A stretch of DNA of 64,000 nt from Mustelus asterias (Eukaryota), in assembly GCF_964213995.1 (NCBI RefSeq), contig NC_135808.1, positions 50,158,001 to 50,222,000 of the forward strand, read 5' to 3'. The notes below the pieces were generated by a model. That model was not told where the DNA came from. It ran no database searches and was given only the letters and a program-made list of their open reading frames with translations. The position numbers and the translations under genes were made by a program. This document shows, piece after piece, positions 63,946-64,000 of this stretch; within the stretch, counting starts at the first letter, position 1, and the number at the start of each line of letters is the position of its first letter.

Positions 63946-64000
63946 AATGCGGACAACACAAAGGTTGGTGGATTTGCGGATAGTTCATAATCCCCTATTC

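Overview
Eukaryotic, repeat-dense DNA from a cartilaginous fish (shark), judged from the V-J-C cluster layout and the shark-type CR1, V-SINE and Penelope repeats. The only host genes are two intact, unrearranged Ig kappa (type III/NS4-like) light-chain miniclusters, each Leader-V-12RSS...23RSS-J...C. They lie head-to-head as a large inverted duplication: cluster 1 on the minus strand (arm ~9.7-29.0 kb) and cluster 2 on the plus strand (arm ~42.2-60.5 kb), with ~13 kb of spacer. Between the V and J RSSs of each cluster is a 61-bp minisatellite (~9 vs ~59 copies) carrying RSS-heptamer-like motifs. The V genes differ in CDR and DE-loop patches, while leader, leader intron, proximal promoter and J look identical. 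The V promoters have an Ets/IRF composite element, CRE half-site and TATA but no canonical octamer. The remainder is nested mobile DNA: CR1/L2/Rex LINEs, V-SINEs, a DeuSINE, ERV pol/env, Gypsy, Copia, MITEs and Penelope hairpins. Repeat boundaries and identities are estimated by eye; no alignments or database searches were run.
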